This document shows, in pieces, positions 47,598 to 57,165 of a DNA stretch of 64,000 bases. The translations under genes were made by a program, and so were the position numbers. This DNA is from Terriglobia bacterium. Its GTDB lineage: Bacteria > Acidobacteriota > Polarisedimenticolia > Polarisedimenticolales > JAIQFR01. Numbering within the stretch: position 1 is the stretch's first letter; the number at the start of each line of letters is the position of its first letter. The stretch covers positions 160,001 to 224,000 of the forward strand of contig CAVVHE010000004.1 in NCBI GenBank assembly GCA_963748015.1, in the 5' to 3' direction. The notes beneath the pieces were generated by a model. That model saw only the letters and a program-made list of their open reading frames with translations. It had not been told where the DNA came from and made no database searches.

Positions 47598-50027
47598 ATG
47601 TTCGAAAAGTTCACGGAAAAGGCGAAGAGAATCCTCTTTCTGGCGCGGTACGAGGCGAGCCAGCAGGGGAGCAAGGTGATCGGAACCGAGCACCTTCTCC
47701 TCGGCCTGCTCAAGGAAGGCGAAGAGACCACCCGCGAGCTGTTCACGCGGGCGAACGTCTCGATGGATCTCCTCCAGACGGAGCTGGAGCGGCGCGGTCC
47801 TCTCCGCGAGAAGCTCTCGACGTCGGTGGAGATCCCGTTCGGCGACGACACCAAGAAGGTGCTGCAGTTCGCCGAGGAGGAATCCGAGCGGCTGATGCAC
47901 CCGCAGATCGGGACCGAGCACCTGCTGCTCGGCCTCCTGAGGGCGGAGGACTCGCCCGCGGGGCGGATGCTCGGCGAGCGCGGCATGCGCCTGTACGCCG
48001 TGCGGGAGGACGCGGTCAGCCTGGTCAAGCGCCGCGCGCTCCCCAAGAAGAAGAAGGAAACGCCGTTCCTCAACGAGTTCGCGCGGGACCTCTCGGAGCT
48101 GGCGCAGCGGCGCGTGTTCGACCCGCTGATCGGCCGCGAGGCGGAGCTCGAGCGGGTCGTGCAGGTGCTCTCGCGCAGGCGGAAGAACAACCCGGTCCTG
48201 CTCGGCGAGCCGGGGGTCGGCAAGACCGCGATCGTCGAGGGGCTCGCCACGCGAATCGTGGACGGCGAGGTCCCCCCCTCGCTCCTCAACAAGAGGATCC
48301 TCGCCCTCGACCTCTCTCTCGTCGTCGCGGGGACGAAGTACCGCGGTCAGTTCGAGGAGCGCCTCAAGGGGATCATCTCCGAGCTGGCCGGCTCGGACGA
48401 CGTGATCATGTTCATCGACGAGATCCACTCCCTGATCGGAGCCGGCTCCGCGGAGGGCTCTCTCGACGCCGCGAACATCCTCAAGCCGACCCTCTCCCGC
48501 GGCGAGGTGCAGTGCATCGGATCCACCACGCCGAGGGACTACCACAAGTACATCGAGAAGGACCGCGCCCTCGTCCGGCGGTTCCAGCCGATCACCATCC
48601 GCCCCACCACCGAGGACGAGACGTTCACGATCCTCGAGGGGGTGAAGGAGCGCTACGAGCGCTTCCACGGCGTCCGCTTCGAGCCCGAGGCCATACGGGC
48701 GGCGGTGTACCAGTCCAACCGGTACATCACGGACCGCTTCCTGCCCGACAAAGCGATCGACGTGCTCGACGAGGCCGGCGCGCGGGTGAAGCTCGCGAAG
48801 CGGACGTCCTACGCCGAGATCAAGAAGACCGAGCAGGAGCTGCGCCGGGCCGTGGACGGAATGAAGAACGCCCTGGCCCGAAAGGACTTCGACGAGGCCG
48901 TCTCCTTCCACGACAAGGAAGTCACGCTGAGGCGGCAGCACGAGGAGCTCAACCGGCGCTACGAGGACGAGGCGAACCGGATCCTCGACGTCACGCGGGC
49001 CGACGTCGAGGACGTGATCGCCCGGTGGACGGGAATTCCGATCCAGTCGGTGGCCGAGGAGGAGGCCGACAAGCTCCTGAACATGGAGGATTTCCTGCAC
49101 GAGCACATCGTCGGGCAGGAAGAGGCGATCTCGGCGCTCTCGCGGGCGATCCGCCGCTCCCGCGCGGGCCTCAAGAGCCCGAGCCGCCCCATCGGCTCGT
49201 TCGTGTTCCTCGGGCCCACCGGCGTCGGAAAGACCGAGGTGGCCCGGACGATCGCCGGGTTCCTGTTCGGGTCGGACCGCGCGTTGACCCGCTTCGACAT
49301 GTCCGAGTACATGGAGAAGCACGCCATCGCCAAGATGATCGGCTCTCCTCCCGGCTACGTGGGGCACGAGGAAGGGGGGCAGCTCACCGAGCGGATCAAG
49401 CGAAAACCCTACAGCGTGATCCTGCTCGACGAGATCGAGAAGGCCCACCCGGACGTGCTCAACATCCTCCTCCAGGTGCTCGAGGACGGGATGATCACCG
49501 ACGCCTACGGCGAGGTGGTCGACTTCAAGAACACGATCGTGATCATGACCTCGAACATCGGATCCCAGCACGTCGCCCGGACCGGCGGGAAGATGGGGTT
49601 CAAGGGGGACGATCGGGCGCAGGCGTTCAAGGACCGGCGCGACCTGGTGATGAGCGAGGTCAAGAAGACCCTGAGCCCGGAGTTCATCAACCGGATCGAC
49701 GAGATCATCGTGTTCGACGCCCTCTCGGAGGAGCAGCTCCAGGCGATCGCCGGGATCATGGTCCGGAAGCTCAACAGCACGCTCCGCGAGAGGGGCATCG
49801 AGATCTCGGTGACCGACGAGATGTGCTCCTGGCTGGTCAAGACCACCTGCCAGGACCGCTCGTACGGTGCCCGCCCGCTGCGCCGGGCGATCCAGCGCTA
49901 CATCGAGGACCCTCTCTCCGAGGCCCTCATCCGCGGGCAGCTGCAGGATCGGGGACTGGTCGAGGTCTACCTCGAGGACGGTCAGCCCGTGTTCCGGGCC
50001 GCGATCCAGGCCCCCTCCGCGCAGTAG
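47598..50027 (+). CDS. clpC: ClpC-like ATP-dependent Clp protease ATPase
   Basis: Clp-N repeats, GEPGVGKT and GPTGVGKT Walker A motifs, UVR-like middle domain, MGF loop; TGCTATAGT -10 upstream. Confidence 0.92.
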   Translation: MFEKFTEKAKRILFLARYEASQQGSKVIGTEHLLLGLLKEGEETTRELFTRANVSMDLLQTELERRGPLREKLSTSVEIPFGDDTKKVLQFAEEESERLMHPQIGTEHLLLGLLRAEDSPAGRMLGERGMRLYAVREDAVSLVKRRALPKKKKETPFLNEFARDLSELAQRRVFDPLIGREAELERVVQVLSRRRKNNPVLLGEPGVGKTAIVEGLATRIVDGEVPPSLLNKRILALDLSLVVAGTKYRGQFEERLKGIISELAGSDDVIMFIDEIHSLIGAGSAEGSLDAANILKPTLSRGEVQCIGSTTPRDYHKYIEKDRALVRRFQPITIRPTTEDETFTILEGVKERYERFHGVRFEPEAIRAAVYQSNRYITDRFLPDKAIDVLDEAGARVKLAKRTSYAEIKKTEQELRRAVDGMKNALARKDFDEAVSFHDKEVTLRRQHEELNRRYEDEANRILDVTRADVEDVIARWTGIPIQSVAEEEADKLLNMEDFLHEHIVGQEEAISALSRAIRRSRAGLKSPSRPIGSFVFLGPTGVGKTEVARTIAGFLFGSDRALTRFDMSEYMEKHAIAKMIGSPPGYVGHEEGGQLTERIKRKPYSVILLDEIEKAHPDVLNILLQVLEDGMITDAYGEVVDFKNTIVIMTSNIGSQHVARTGGKMGFKGDDRAQAFKDRRDLVMSEVKKTLSPEFINRIDEIIVFDALSEEQLQAIAGIMVRKLNSTLRERGIEISVTDEMCSWLVKTTCQDRSYGARPLRRAIQRYIEDPLSEALIRGQLQDRGLVEVYLEDGQPVFRAAIQAPSAQ

Positions 50028-50191
50028 ACGGGAAGGCGCGGCAAGTCCTCCGCAGGAGACGGGGCGGGCGGAGCCCGCTCGAAGTAGAATGGCGACCCTT
50101 TGGGGTGCCTCGGGTCCGGAGCGAAGGCGCCCACGGAGTGATTCGCGCCGCCCCCGGCTTGGTGGGAGCGGCCCGGGCGGCGGAAGGTGGA

Positions 50192-52795
50192 ATGAACCGA
50201 GGCTTCCGAACGCTGGCCGCCATCGCCCTCGCCGCCGCCGCGTGTCTCGCGCCACTCGCCCGCGCCCAGCAGGCGCAGCCCACCGTCGAGGAAATCCTCA
50301 CGCAGGGCCTCAGCCGGATGACGCGGGAGGCCTTGCTCCACGCATTCGGGGTCCGCGTCGGCGATCCGTACGATCCCCGAAAGATCCGGGAGGAGTTCCG
50401 CAAGTTGTGGAGCCTCGGGATCTTCAGCGACATCAGCGTCGAGGCCGAGGACGGACCCGGCGGCGGCAAGGTCCTCGTGCTGAAGGTCAAGGAGCGGCCG
50501 GTCCTGACGTCCGTCTCCTACGAGGAGAACAAGGTCCTGACCCGGACGCAGATCGAGGACCGCCTCAAGGAGCGCAAGGTCAAGCTCGAGCCCGGCAAGC
50601 CGCTCGATCTCAAGGCCGTCTTCGAGGCCGAGTCGGCGATTCGCGAGTACCTGGGAGAGAAGGGGTACCTCGATCCCCAGGTCTCCCACCGCGTCGACCG
50701 TCCCACCGACACCACGGCGGCGGTGAGCTTCTCGCTCCGGCCCGGGGGCAAGACCCGCATCTCCTCGATCCGCTTCGTGGGCAACACGGTGTTCAGCCAG
50801 CGCAGGCTGATGAAGAGCCTCAAGCTCACGCGCCCCAGGCAGTGGTGGCGGCCGTGGTCCTCGAAGTCGCTCTACCACCCCGCCAAGTGGGACATGGACG
50901 CCAACAACATCCGCGACCTCTACGAGAACCGCGGCTACCTGGACGTCGACCTGCGCCCGCCCGTCGTGGACGTGACGGAGACCGTCAAGGGCGGGAAGAA
51001 GCCGCCGGTCGGGGAGGTCCCGGCGGGAGGGACGGGCACGACGCCCGCCGCCGCGGCGCCGGGCGGGAGCGACGTACCCCCGGAACCGCAGCCGCCGCTC
51101 ACCGAGAAACAGAAGAAGGAGCAGGAGAAGGCGAAGAAGAAGGCCGAGAAGGAGCGCAAGAAGGCCGAGCCGAAGGTGGAGAGGAGGGTCGCCCTCACCG
51201 TTCCCGTCGTGGAGGGGCCGGAATACCGGGCGGGCAAGATCTCGGTCACCGGGAACACGGTGTTCAGGGAGCAGGACGTTCTCGCGTTCGTCCCGCTCCG
51301 GTCGGGCGACGTGGTCAACATCGGTCTCCTGAAGCTCTCGGTGGACGCCATCACCAAGGCCTACGGGAACAAGGGGTACTACCTCGCCACGGCCGTCCAG
51401 CAGCGCGACCGGCACCCGGACAAGAAGCTCGCGGACATTCAGATCGTGGTCACGGAGGACAAGCCCTACTACGTGTCACGGATCGAGTTCACGGGAAACG
51501 TGGTCACCCGCGACCGGGTGCTGCGACGGGAGTTCCCCATTCGCGAAGGGGACCTGTTCAACCGGAGCCTCCTCGACATCGGGCTCTCCAAGGTGAACCA
51601 GCTCGGCTACTTCGAATCCAAGGCGCAGCCCGTCATCGAGCCGATCGAGGGGGAGAACCGGGTTCGCGTCAGCGTGGAAGGAGAGGAAAAGAGCCGGAAC
51701 GAGATCCAGGTCGGGGGCGGCTACAGCGGACTCGACGGGATGTTCTTCCAGGGGATGTTCTCGACCCGCAACTTCCTGGGGCGCGGACAGACCGTCTCGC
51801 TCTCGGCCCAGATCGGCGGCAGGGCGACCCGGTACAGCATCTCGTTCGTCGAGCCCTGGCTCTTCAATCGCCCCTACAACGCCGGATTCAGCCTCTACCG
51901 CCAGGACGTGGACTACGGGTCGGGGCTCAAGAACTCGAGCAGCGGCGGCGGGGTCGTCATCGGCCGGCAGATCGGCTACTACAGCCGGGTCCAGGGCAAC
52001 TACAACTACCAGGTGAGCACCGCGACGAACTTCACCGTGAGCGGCGGGGCGTCCACGGTCTACGTCTCGAGCATCACGCCGAGCTTCAGCCACTTCCGCA
52101 TCAACAACCCGTACCGGCCGAGCCGGGGGTGGTCCGTGGATCTGGGCCTGCAGCTCGCCGGGGAGTTCCTCGGGGGGGACAGCTCGTTCTACAGGCCGGT
52201 TCTCAACTACTCGGGATACAAGCGGGCCGTAAGGAACACGTTCTTCGGTTTTCACTCCGAGATCGGCATGATCCACGCCTGGGGAACGGGCGTCCCGTCG
52301 ACGGCGGACGTCAACGGCGTGCCGCGCTTCTCCCGCTTCTGGATCGGCGGCGACACCCAGGGCCCCAGGATCTTCGACGTGCGATCGGTCACCCCGCTCC
52401 GGTTCGTCCGGCTCGACTCCACGGGCCGGATCATCGAGGCGGTGAGGGACCCGCGGGGACGCCCCGTGAGGGACTTCGACCGGAACGGCGACGGGATCCT
52501 CAACATCTACGACCTCGTCGAGATGGGGGGCGACCGGTATTATCTTATGCAGGCGGAGTACGTGGTGCCGCTCAGCGGGCCGGTGGAGGCGGCGTTCTTC
52601 CTGGACGTCGGCAACTCCTTGTTCGAGGATACGCCATGGAGCTTCCAGGAAGTTCGGGCTTCCGCCGGGATCGAGATGCGGTTCTATCTCCCGGTGTTCC
52701 CGGTTCCACTCCGGCTCATGTACGGGTGGCCCATCCGCCAGCTCATACAGGACCGGACGAGCAATTTCATGTTCTCGATCGGAAAGAGCTTCTGA
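50192..52795 (+). CDS. bamA: Outer membrane protein assembly factor BamA
   Basis: Signal peptide, five POTRA domains, NFLGRGQ, beta-barrel ending in Phe. Confidence 0.95.
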   Translation: MNRGFRTLAAIALAAAACLAPLARAQQAQPTVEEILTQGLSRMTREALLHAFGVRVGDPYDPRKIREEFRKLWSLGIFSDISVEAEDGPGGGKVLVLKVKERPVLTSVSYEENKVLTRTQIEDRLKERKVKLEPGKPLDLKAVFEAESAIREYLGEKGYLDPQVSHRVDRPTDTTAAVSFSLRPGGKTRISSIRFVGNTVFSQRRLMKSLKLTRPRQWWRPWSSKSLYHPAKWDMDANNIRDLYENRGYLDVDLRPPVVDVTETVKGGKKPPVGEVPAGGTGTTPAAAAPGGSDVPPEPQPPLTEKQKKEQEKAKKKAEKERKKAEPKVERRVALTVPVVEGPEYRAGKISVTGNTVFREQDVLAFVPLRSGDVVNIGLLKLSVDAITKAYGNKGYYLATAVQQRDRHPDKKLADIQIVVTEDKPYYVSRIEFTGNVVTRDRVLRREFPIREGDLFNRSLLDIGLSKVNQLGYFESKAQPVIEPIEGENRVRVSVEGEEKSRNEIQVGGGYSGLDGMFFQGMFSTRNFLGRGQTVSLSAQIGGRATRYSISFVEPWLFNRPYNAGFSLYRQDVDYGSGLKNSSSGGGVVIGRQIGYYSRVQGNYNYQVSTATNFTVSGGASTVYVSSITPSFSHFRINNPYRPSRGWSVDLGLQLAGEFLGGDSSFYRPVLNYSGYKRAVRNTFFGFHSEIGMIHAWGTGVPSTADVNGVPRFSRFWIGGDTQGPRIFDVRSVTPLRFVRLDSTGRIIEAVRDPRGRPVRDFDRNGDGILNIYDLVEMGGDRYYLMQAEYVVPLSGPVEAAFFLDVGNSLFEDTPWSFQEVRASAGIEMRFYLPVFPVPLRLMYGWPIRQLIQDRTSNFMFSIGKSF

Positions 52796-52890
52796 TGGAC
52801 CGGCCGCGGGCCGCGCGCTCGGCGCCGGGTTTCGATTCGACCGCGCCGCGCCGGACCCAGGGACGGTGCGCGGGAAGGAAGGGGAGTTCG

Positions 52891-53496
52891 ATGAAGCGAA
52901 TCGTGTGCCTCGTGATCGTCGTCGCGCTCGCGGCGGCCGGCGCCGCCCGGGCCCAGGCTGTCGCCCCGTCCAAGATCGGGGTGTTCGACGCGCAGCGCGT
53001 CTCGGAGGAGACCGCCGAGGGAAAGAAGCTCCAGGTCCGGCTCACCGCGTTCAGCGAGAAGAAGCGGGCCGATATCTCCGGCAAGGAGAGGGAAGCGCAG
53101 GATCTTCAGGAAAAGCTCAACGCCCAGGCGCTCTCCCTCTCGCCCGAAAAGCGGTCCGGCATGGAGAGGGACCTCCAGAGGAAGATGCTGGAGCTCAACC
53201 AGGCCCGCGAGAGCGCGCAGCGCGACATGCAGCTCGAGGTGAGCGAAGCGGAGAGTTCCTTCCGGGAGAAGCTCCTCGCGGCGGTCGAGTCGTTCGGCCG
53301 GGACGAGGGGTTCGCCATCGTCCTCGAGCGCGGCGCCGCGATCTACGTGCACCCCTCGAGCGACGTGACGACGGCGATCGTGGACCGCTTCAACAAGATG
53401 TTCCCGGTGCAGCCGGAGACTCCCGCCGCGAAGGAGGGGGCGAAGCCCGCCGCCGCGCCCGCCGCTCCGCCGGCCGCGTCGTCCGACAAGAAGTAG
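52891..53496 (+). CDS. skp: OmpH/Skp periplasmic chaperone
   Basis: Signal peptide, KIGVFD, coiled coil, DVT..IV; lies between bamA and lpxD. Confidence 0.92.
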   Translation: MKRIVCLVIVVALAAAGAARAQAVAPSKIGVFDAQRVSEETAEGKKLQVRLTAFSEKKRADISGKEREAQDLQEKLNAQALSLSPEKRSGMERDLQRKMLELNQARESAQRDMQLEVSEAESSFREKLLAAVESFGRDEGFAIVLERGAAIYVHPSSDVTTAIVDRFNKMFPVQPETPAAKEGAKPAAAPAAPPAASSDKK

Positions 53497-53542
53497 CCGT
53501 CCGGGGGACCGGGACCCCGCCCGCGTCCCGGAGAGGAGTCCG

Positions 53543-54583
53543 ATGGCCGACGGTTTCCGGCTGGGCGAACTGGCGTCCCGGGTCGGGGGACGCGTCGCCG
53601 GCGATCCGGAGCGGATCATCCGAGGCGTGGCCACGCTCGACGAGGCCGGGCCGTCGGATCTCGCCTTCCTGACCAACCCGAAGTACCGGAAGGCGACGGA
53701 GGGGACGCGCGCGGGCGCGATCCTGGTGGCGTCGGGAACGCTCCTGCCGGGGCGCGACCTGCTCGAGGTCCCCGAGCCGTACCTGGCGCTCGCGGAGATC
53801 CTGGACCTCCTCTACCCGCCCCGCGCGCGCCGGCCCGGCGTCTCCGCGCTCGCCTTCGTCGGAGAGGGAGCGGAGGCCGGCGAGGACGCGGAGGTCGGCC
53901 CCTTCGCCGTCCTCGGCGCCGGCGCGAGGATCGGCCGCCGGGCGACGGTGGGCGCGGGCGCCGTGGTCGGCGACGGGGCGGAGGTCGGCGACGACACCGT
54001 CATCCACCCGCGCGCCGTGCTCTACCCGGGAACGCGCGTCGGGTCCCGCTGCATCGTCCACGCCGGCGTGGTTCTCGGCGCCGACGGCTTCGGGTTCGCG
54101 ACGTCGTCGGGGAAGCACCGCAAGGTGCCCCAGCTCGGCCGGGTCGTCGTCGAGGACGACGTCGAGATCGGAGCGAACAGCGCCGTCGACCGGGGCATGC
54201 TGGGAGAAACGGTGGTCGGGCGGGGAACGAAGATCGACGACCTCGTCATGGTGGCCCACGGCGTCCGGATCGGTCCCGACGGCCTCATGGCGGCGCAGGC
54301 GGGGATCGCCGGGAGCACCCGGGTCGGCCGGGGAGTCACGTTCGCCGGGCAATCCGGGGCGGCGGGCCACCTCTCGATCGGGGACGGCTCGGTGATCGCC
54401 GCCAAGTCGGCGGTGTTCGCCGACCTGCCCGCCCGGTCGTTCGTCGCCGGGATTCCCGCGGTGAATCACCTGGCCTGGAAACGGGCGCAGGCGCTCGTCC
54501 GGAGCCTGCCGGAGCTCCGCGCGCGGGTCCGCCGGCTCGAGGCGCGCCTCGCGGCGCTCGAAGGCAAGGAAAAGGGGGACTGA
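53543..54583 (+). CDS. lpxD: UDP-3-O-acylglucosamine N-acyltransferase
   Basis: Hexapeptide repeats, GADGFGF, KVPQLG, DRG, KIDDLV.VAH. Confidence 0.96.
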   Translation: MADGFRLGELASRVGGRVAGDPERIIRGVATLDEAGPSDLAFLTNPKYRKATEGTRAGAILVASGTLLPGRDLLEVPEPYLALAEILDLLYPPRARRPGVSALAFVGEGAEAGEDAEVGPFAVLGAGARIGRRATVGAGAVVGDGAEVGDDTVIHPRAVLYPGTRVGSRCIVHAGVVLGADGFGFATSSGKHRKVPQLGRVVVEDDVEIGANSAVDRGMLGETVVGRGTKIDDLVMVAHGVRIGPDGLMAAQAGIAGSTRVGRGVTFAGQSGAAGHLSIGDGSVIAAKSAVFADLPARSFVAGIPAVNHLAWKRAQALVRSLPELRARVRRLEARLAALEGKEKGD

Positions 54584-54586
54584 TTC

Positions 54587-55021
54587 TTGTTGGACATCAG
54601 AGGAATCCTCGACAGCATCCCGCACCGCTATCCGTTCCTGCTCGTGGACCGAGTGATCGAGATCGTGCCGGGGCGACGGATCGTCGCGATCAAGAACGTG
54701 ACGTTCAACGAGCCTTACTTCCAGGGGCACTTCCCCGGCCTGCCGGTAATGCCCGGCGTGCTGATCGTCGAGGCGATGGCCCAGACCGGCGCGGTGCTCA
54801 TGCTCCACGACTTCGCGCAGCGGAAGGAGAAGCTCGTCTACTTCGCCGGGATCGACGAGGCGAGGTTCCGCCGCGTCGTGCGCCCGGGCGACCGGCTGAC
54901 GATCACCATGGAGGTGGTCAAGCTGCGCTCCCGGACCTGCAAGATGAAGGGCGTCGCGGAGGTGGACGGGGAGATCGCGGCCGAGGCCGAGATCCTCTCG
55001 GCCATGGCGGACAGGGAGTAG
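54587..55021 (+). CDS. fabZ: 3-hydroxyacyl-ACP dehydratase
   Basis: [30 protein letters not shown]. Confidence 0.97.
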   Translation: MLDIRGILDSIPHRYPFLLVDRVIEIVPGRRIVAIKNVTFNEPYFQGHFPGLPVMPGVLIVEAMAQTGAVLMLHDFAQRKEKLVYFAGIDEARFRRVVRPGDRLTITMEVVKLRSRTCKMKGVAEVDGEIAAEAEILSAMADRE

Positions 55022-55026
55022 GGGCC

Positions 55027-55809
55027 GTGCCGGCGCCCGAAGTCCACCCTACCGCCGTCGTCGCCGGGTCGGCGCGCGTCGCTCCCGGCGCCTACGTCGG
55101 GCCCCATTGCGTCGTCGAGCCGGGGGTCGAGGTCGGAGAGGGAACGCGCCTCCTGTCGCACGTGGTGGTCCACGAGGGGACCGTTCTCGGGCCCGGCAAC
55201 GTCGTCTCCCCGATGGCGGTGCTCGGCGGCGCGCCGCAGGACCTCAAGTACGGGGGCGAGCCGACCCGACTCGTCGTCGGGGCCCGGAACCGCATCCGCG
55301 AGTGCGTGACCATGAATCGCGGAACCGGGGGAGGCGGGGGCGTCACGACCGTCGGCGACGACAACCTCGTGATGGCCTACTCGCACATCGCCCACGACTG
55401 CCGCGTCGGGAACTCCACGATCCTCGGCAACGCCGCGACCCTGGCGGGACACGTCGAGATCGACGACGAGGCGTACGTCGGCGCCTTCAGCGGCATCCAC
55501 CAGTTCACGCGCGTGGCCAGGCACGCCTTCATCGGCGGCTACTCGGTGGTCACGCAGGACGCGCTCCCTTGGGTCCTGACGGTCGGGAACCGCGCGACGA
55601 CCCACGGCATCAACCTGGTCGGTCTCAAGCGGAAGGGGTACTCCGACGAGACGATCGAGGCCATCAAGCAGTGCTACATGACGCTCTTCCGGTCGAAGCT
55701 GCTCCTCAAGGACGCCATCGAGAAGGTGGAGGCCGAGTTCGGGAGCTTCGAGGAGGTGCGCTACTTCCTCGAGTTCGTCCGCACCTCGAAGCGCGGAGTT
55801 TGCCGCTAA
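55027..55809 (+). CDS. lpxA: UDP-GlcNAc O-acyltransferase
   Basis: PQDLKY, HIAHDC, LAGHV, HQF motifs. Confidence 0.97.
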   Translation: MPAPEVHPTAVVAGSARVAPGAYVGPHCVVEPGVEVGEGTRLLSHVVVHEGTVLGPGNVVSPMAVLGGAPQDLKYGGEPTRLVVGARNRIRECVTMNRGTGGGGGVTTVGDDNLVMAYSHIAHDCRVGNSTILGNAATLAGHVEIDDEAYVGAFSGIHQFTRVARHAFIGGYSVVTQDALPWVLTVGNRATTHGINLVGLKRKGYSDETIEAIKQCYMTLFRSKLLLKDAIEKVEAEFGSFEEVRYFLEFVRTSKRGVCR

Positions 55810-55811
55810 CG

Positions 55812-55968
55812 GGTCGACGCGGTTCCGGAATCGTCCTCGCCGGGCACGCTCGCCGGTGCACGATTCTCACGTGCCGGCTCGCTCCGCTTTCGGCGCGCCC
55901 GGTTACAAGGAAACACCGGGCGCGCCGAAAGAGGGCCCGGCGAGGACGATTCCGGAACCGCGTCGACC
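55812..55968 (-). repeat. Structured three-way-junction intergenic repeat, copy 3 (inverted orientation, diverged)
   Basis: 34-bp perfect inverted arms (55812-55845 / 55935-55968); junction segments GGCACGCT, GCTCCGCT, AGAGGGCC match the reverse complement of copy 1. Confidence 0.85.
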
Positions 55969-55972
55969 GGGG

Positions 55973-57082
55973 ATGAACATGGTCCGGCGAGAAGATACGA
56001 GCCGCCCGACGCCCGATCCGGTTCGCGCGTTCATCGAGGCGCGGATCGCGGCGGGGGAGATGCCCGGGGCCTGCTGGCGGGTGGAGGGGCCTGGCGGCGT
56101 GCTGTCGCGGGGCGCTTCGGGCGATGCCGCGATCGCTCCGGTCCGCGAGGCGGCGGACGAGGACACCCCCTTCGACCTGGCGTCGCTCACGAAGCCGCTC
56201 GCGACCGCGCTGCTCGCGGTCCTGCTCGAGGCGGAGGGGAAGATCGACCTCGACGCACGAGCCGCGCTCCTGCTCCCGGAGCTCGGCGGCTCGGCGTACG
56301 ACGCGGTGACCCTGGCGGAGCTCGCGTCCCACCGGGGGGGATTCCCCGCGTGGCGCGCGCTCTACCTCGAAGCCGGGACGCTCGACGGCTTCGTCCGGGC
56401 GATCGCGGCGACGGCCCCGGAAGCCGCGCGAGGAACGACGCTGTATTCCGACCTGTCCTTCGTCTTGCTCGGCGCGGCGATCGAGCGCGCCGCGGGAGAG
56501 CCGCTCGACGCGCTGTTCGAAGCGAGGATCGCGCGCCCGCTCGGGCTGCGGTCGACCGCGTTCGCGACCACGGCGGGGCGCTTCGCGCGCGCGGCCGCCA
56601 CCGAGGAGGGGAACGCCTACGAGCGGCGGATGGCAGGCTTGGCCGGCGCGAGCCACGCCTGGCGGGCGGCGATCCCTCGAGGCGAGGTCCACGACGCGAA
56701 TGCCCACGCGCTCGGCGGCGTGTCCGGGCACGCGGGCCTCTTCGGCACCGCGGCGGAGGTCGCCGCGATCGCGCGGGAGCTGCTCGTCCCGCGCGAGCTG
56801 CCGATCGCGGGCAGAGGACGGCGACGCCTGCTCGCTCCCGTGGCGGGGCCCGGCACGCGGACCTGCGGGTTCACGACGGCGGCGCTGTCCGGCGCGGCCC
56901 GTGGCGTGCTGCCGGACGCCGCGCCCGGGCACACCGGATTCACCGGGACGTCCCTGTGGCTCGATCCCGACGCGTCGCGGATCTACGTGCTCCTCACCGG
57001 CCGCGTCCACCCGGCCGTGCCCTCCGGGGACTTCCAGCCGGTGCGCCGCGAGTTCCACCGGATCGCCGCGACGCTCGCCTGA
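55973..57082 (+). CDS. Serine hydrolase, beta-lactamase class C / AmiE-like family
   Basis: FDLASLTK (SxxK), YSD, VHD.NA, GHAGLF, GHTGFTG motifs. Confidence 0.9.
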   Translation: MNMVRREDTSRPTPDPVRAFIEARIAAGEMPGACWRVEGPGGVLSRGASGDAAIAPVREAADEDTPFDLASLTKPLATALLAVLLEAEGKIDLDARAALLLPELGGSAYDAVTLAELASHRGGFPAWRALYLEAGTLDGFVRAIAATAPEAARGTTLYSDLSFVLLGAAIERAAGEPLDALFEARIARPLGLRSTAFATTAGRFARAAATEEGNAYERRMAGLAGASHAWRAAIPRGEVHDANAHALGGVSGHAGLFGTAAEVAAIARELLVPRELPIAGRGRRRLLAPVAGPGTRTCGFTTAALSGAARGVLPDAAPGHTGFTGTSLWLDPDASRIYVLLTGRVHPAVPSGDFQPVRREFHRIAATLA

Positions 57083-57165
57083 GCGATCCCCGGGACCGCG
57101 GTGCGGCGCTCGCGCACCCGCAAGACTAGAATGGCCGGCCGGGGCGTGGAGCGCAACACCATCGG

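Noticed and set aside
48512..50191. Apparent 560-aa N-terminal extension of BamA
   Set aside because: Alternate frame of clpC; BamA has its own signal peptide from ATG 50192.
55895..55920. GGA-in-loop as a CsrA/RsmA binding site
   Set aside because: The GGAA loop is on the transcribed strand in only two of three copies, and the flanking consensus is weak.
55973..57082. Serine hydrolase and MBL-fold gene as antibiotic-resistance genes
   Set aside because: Fold-level similarity only, core-genome context, and no mobile-element association.
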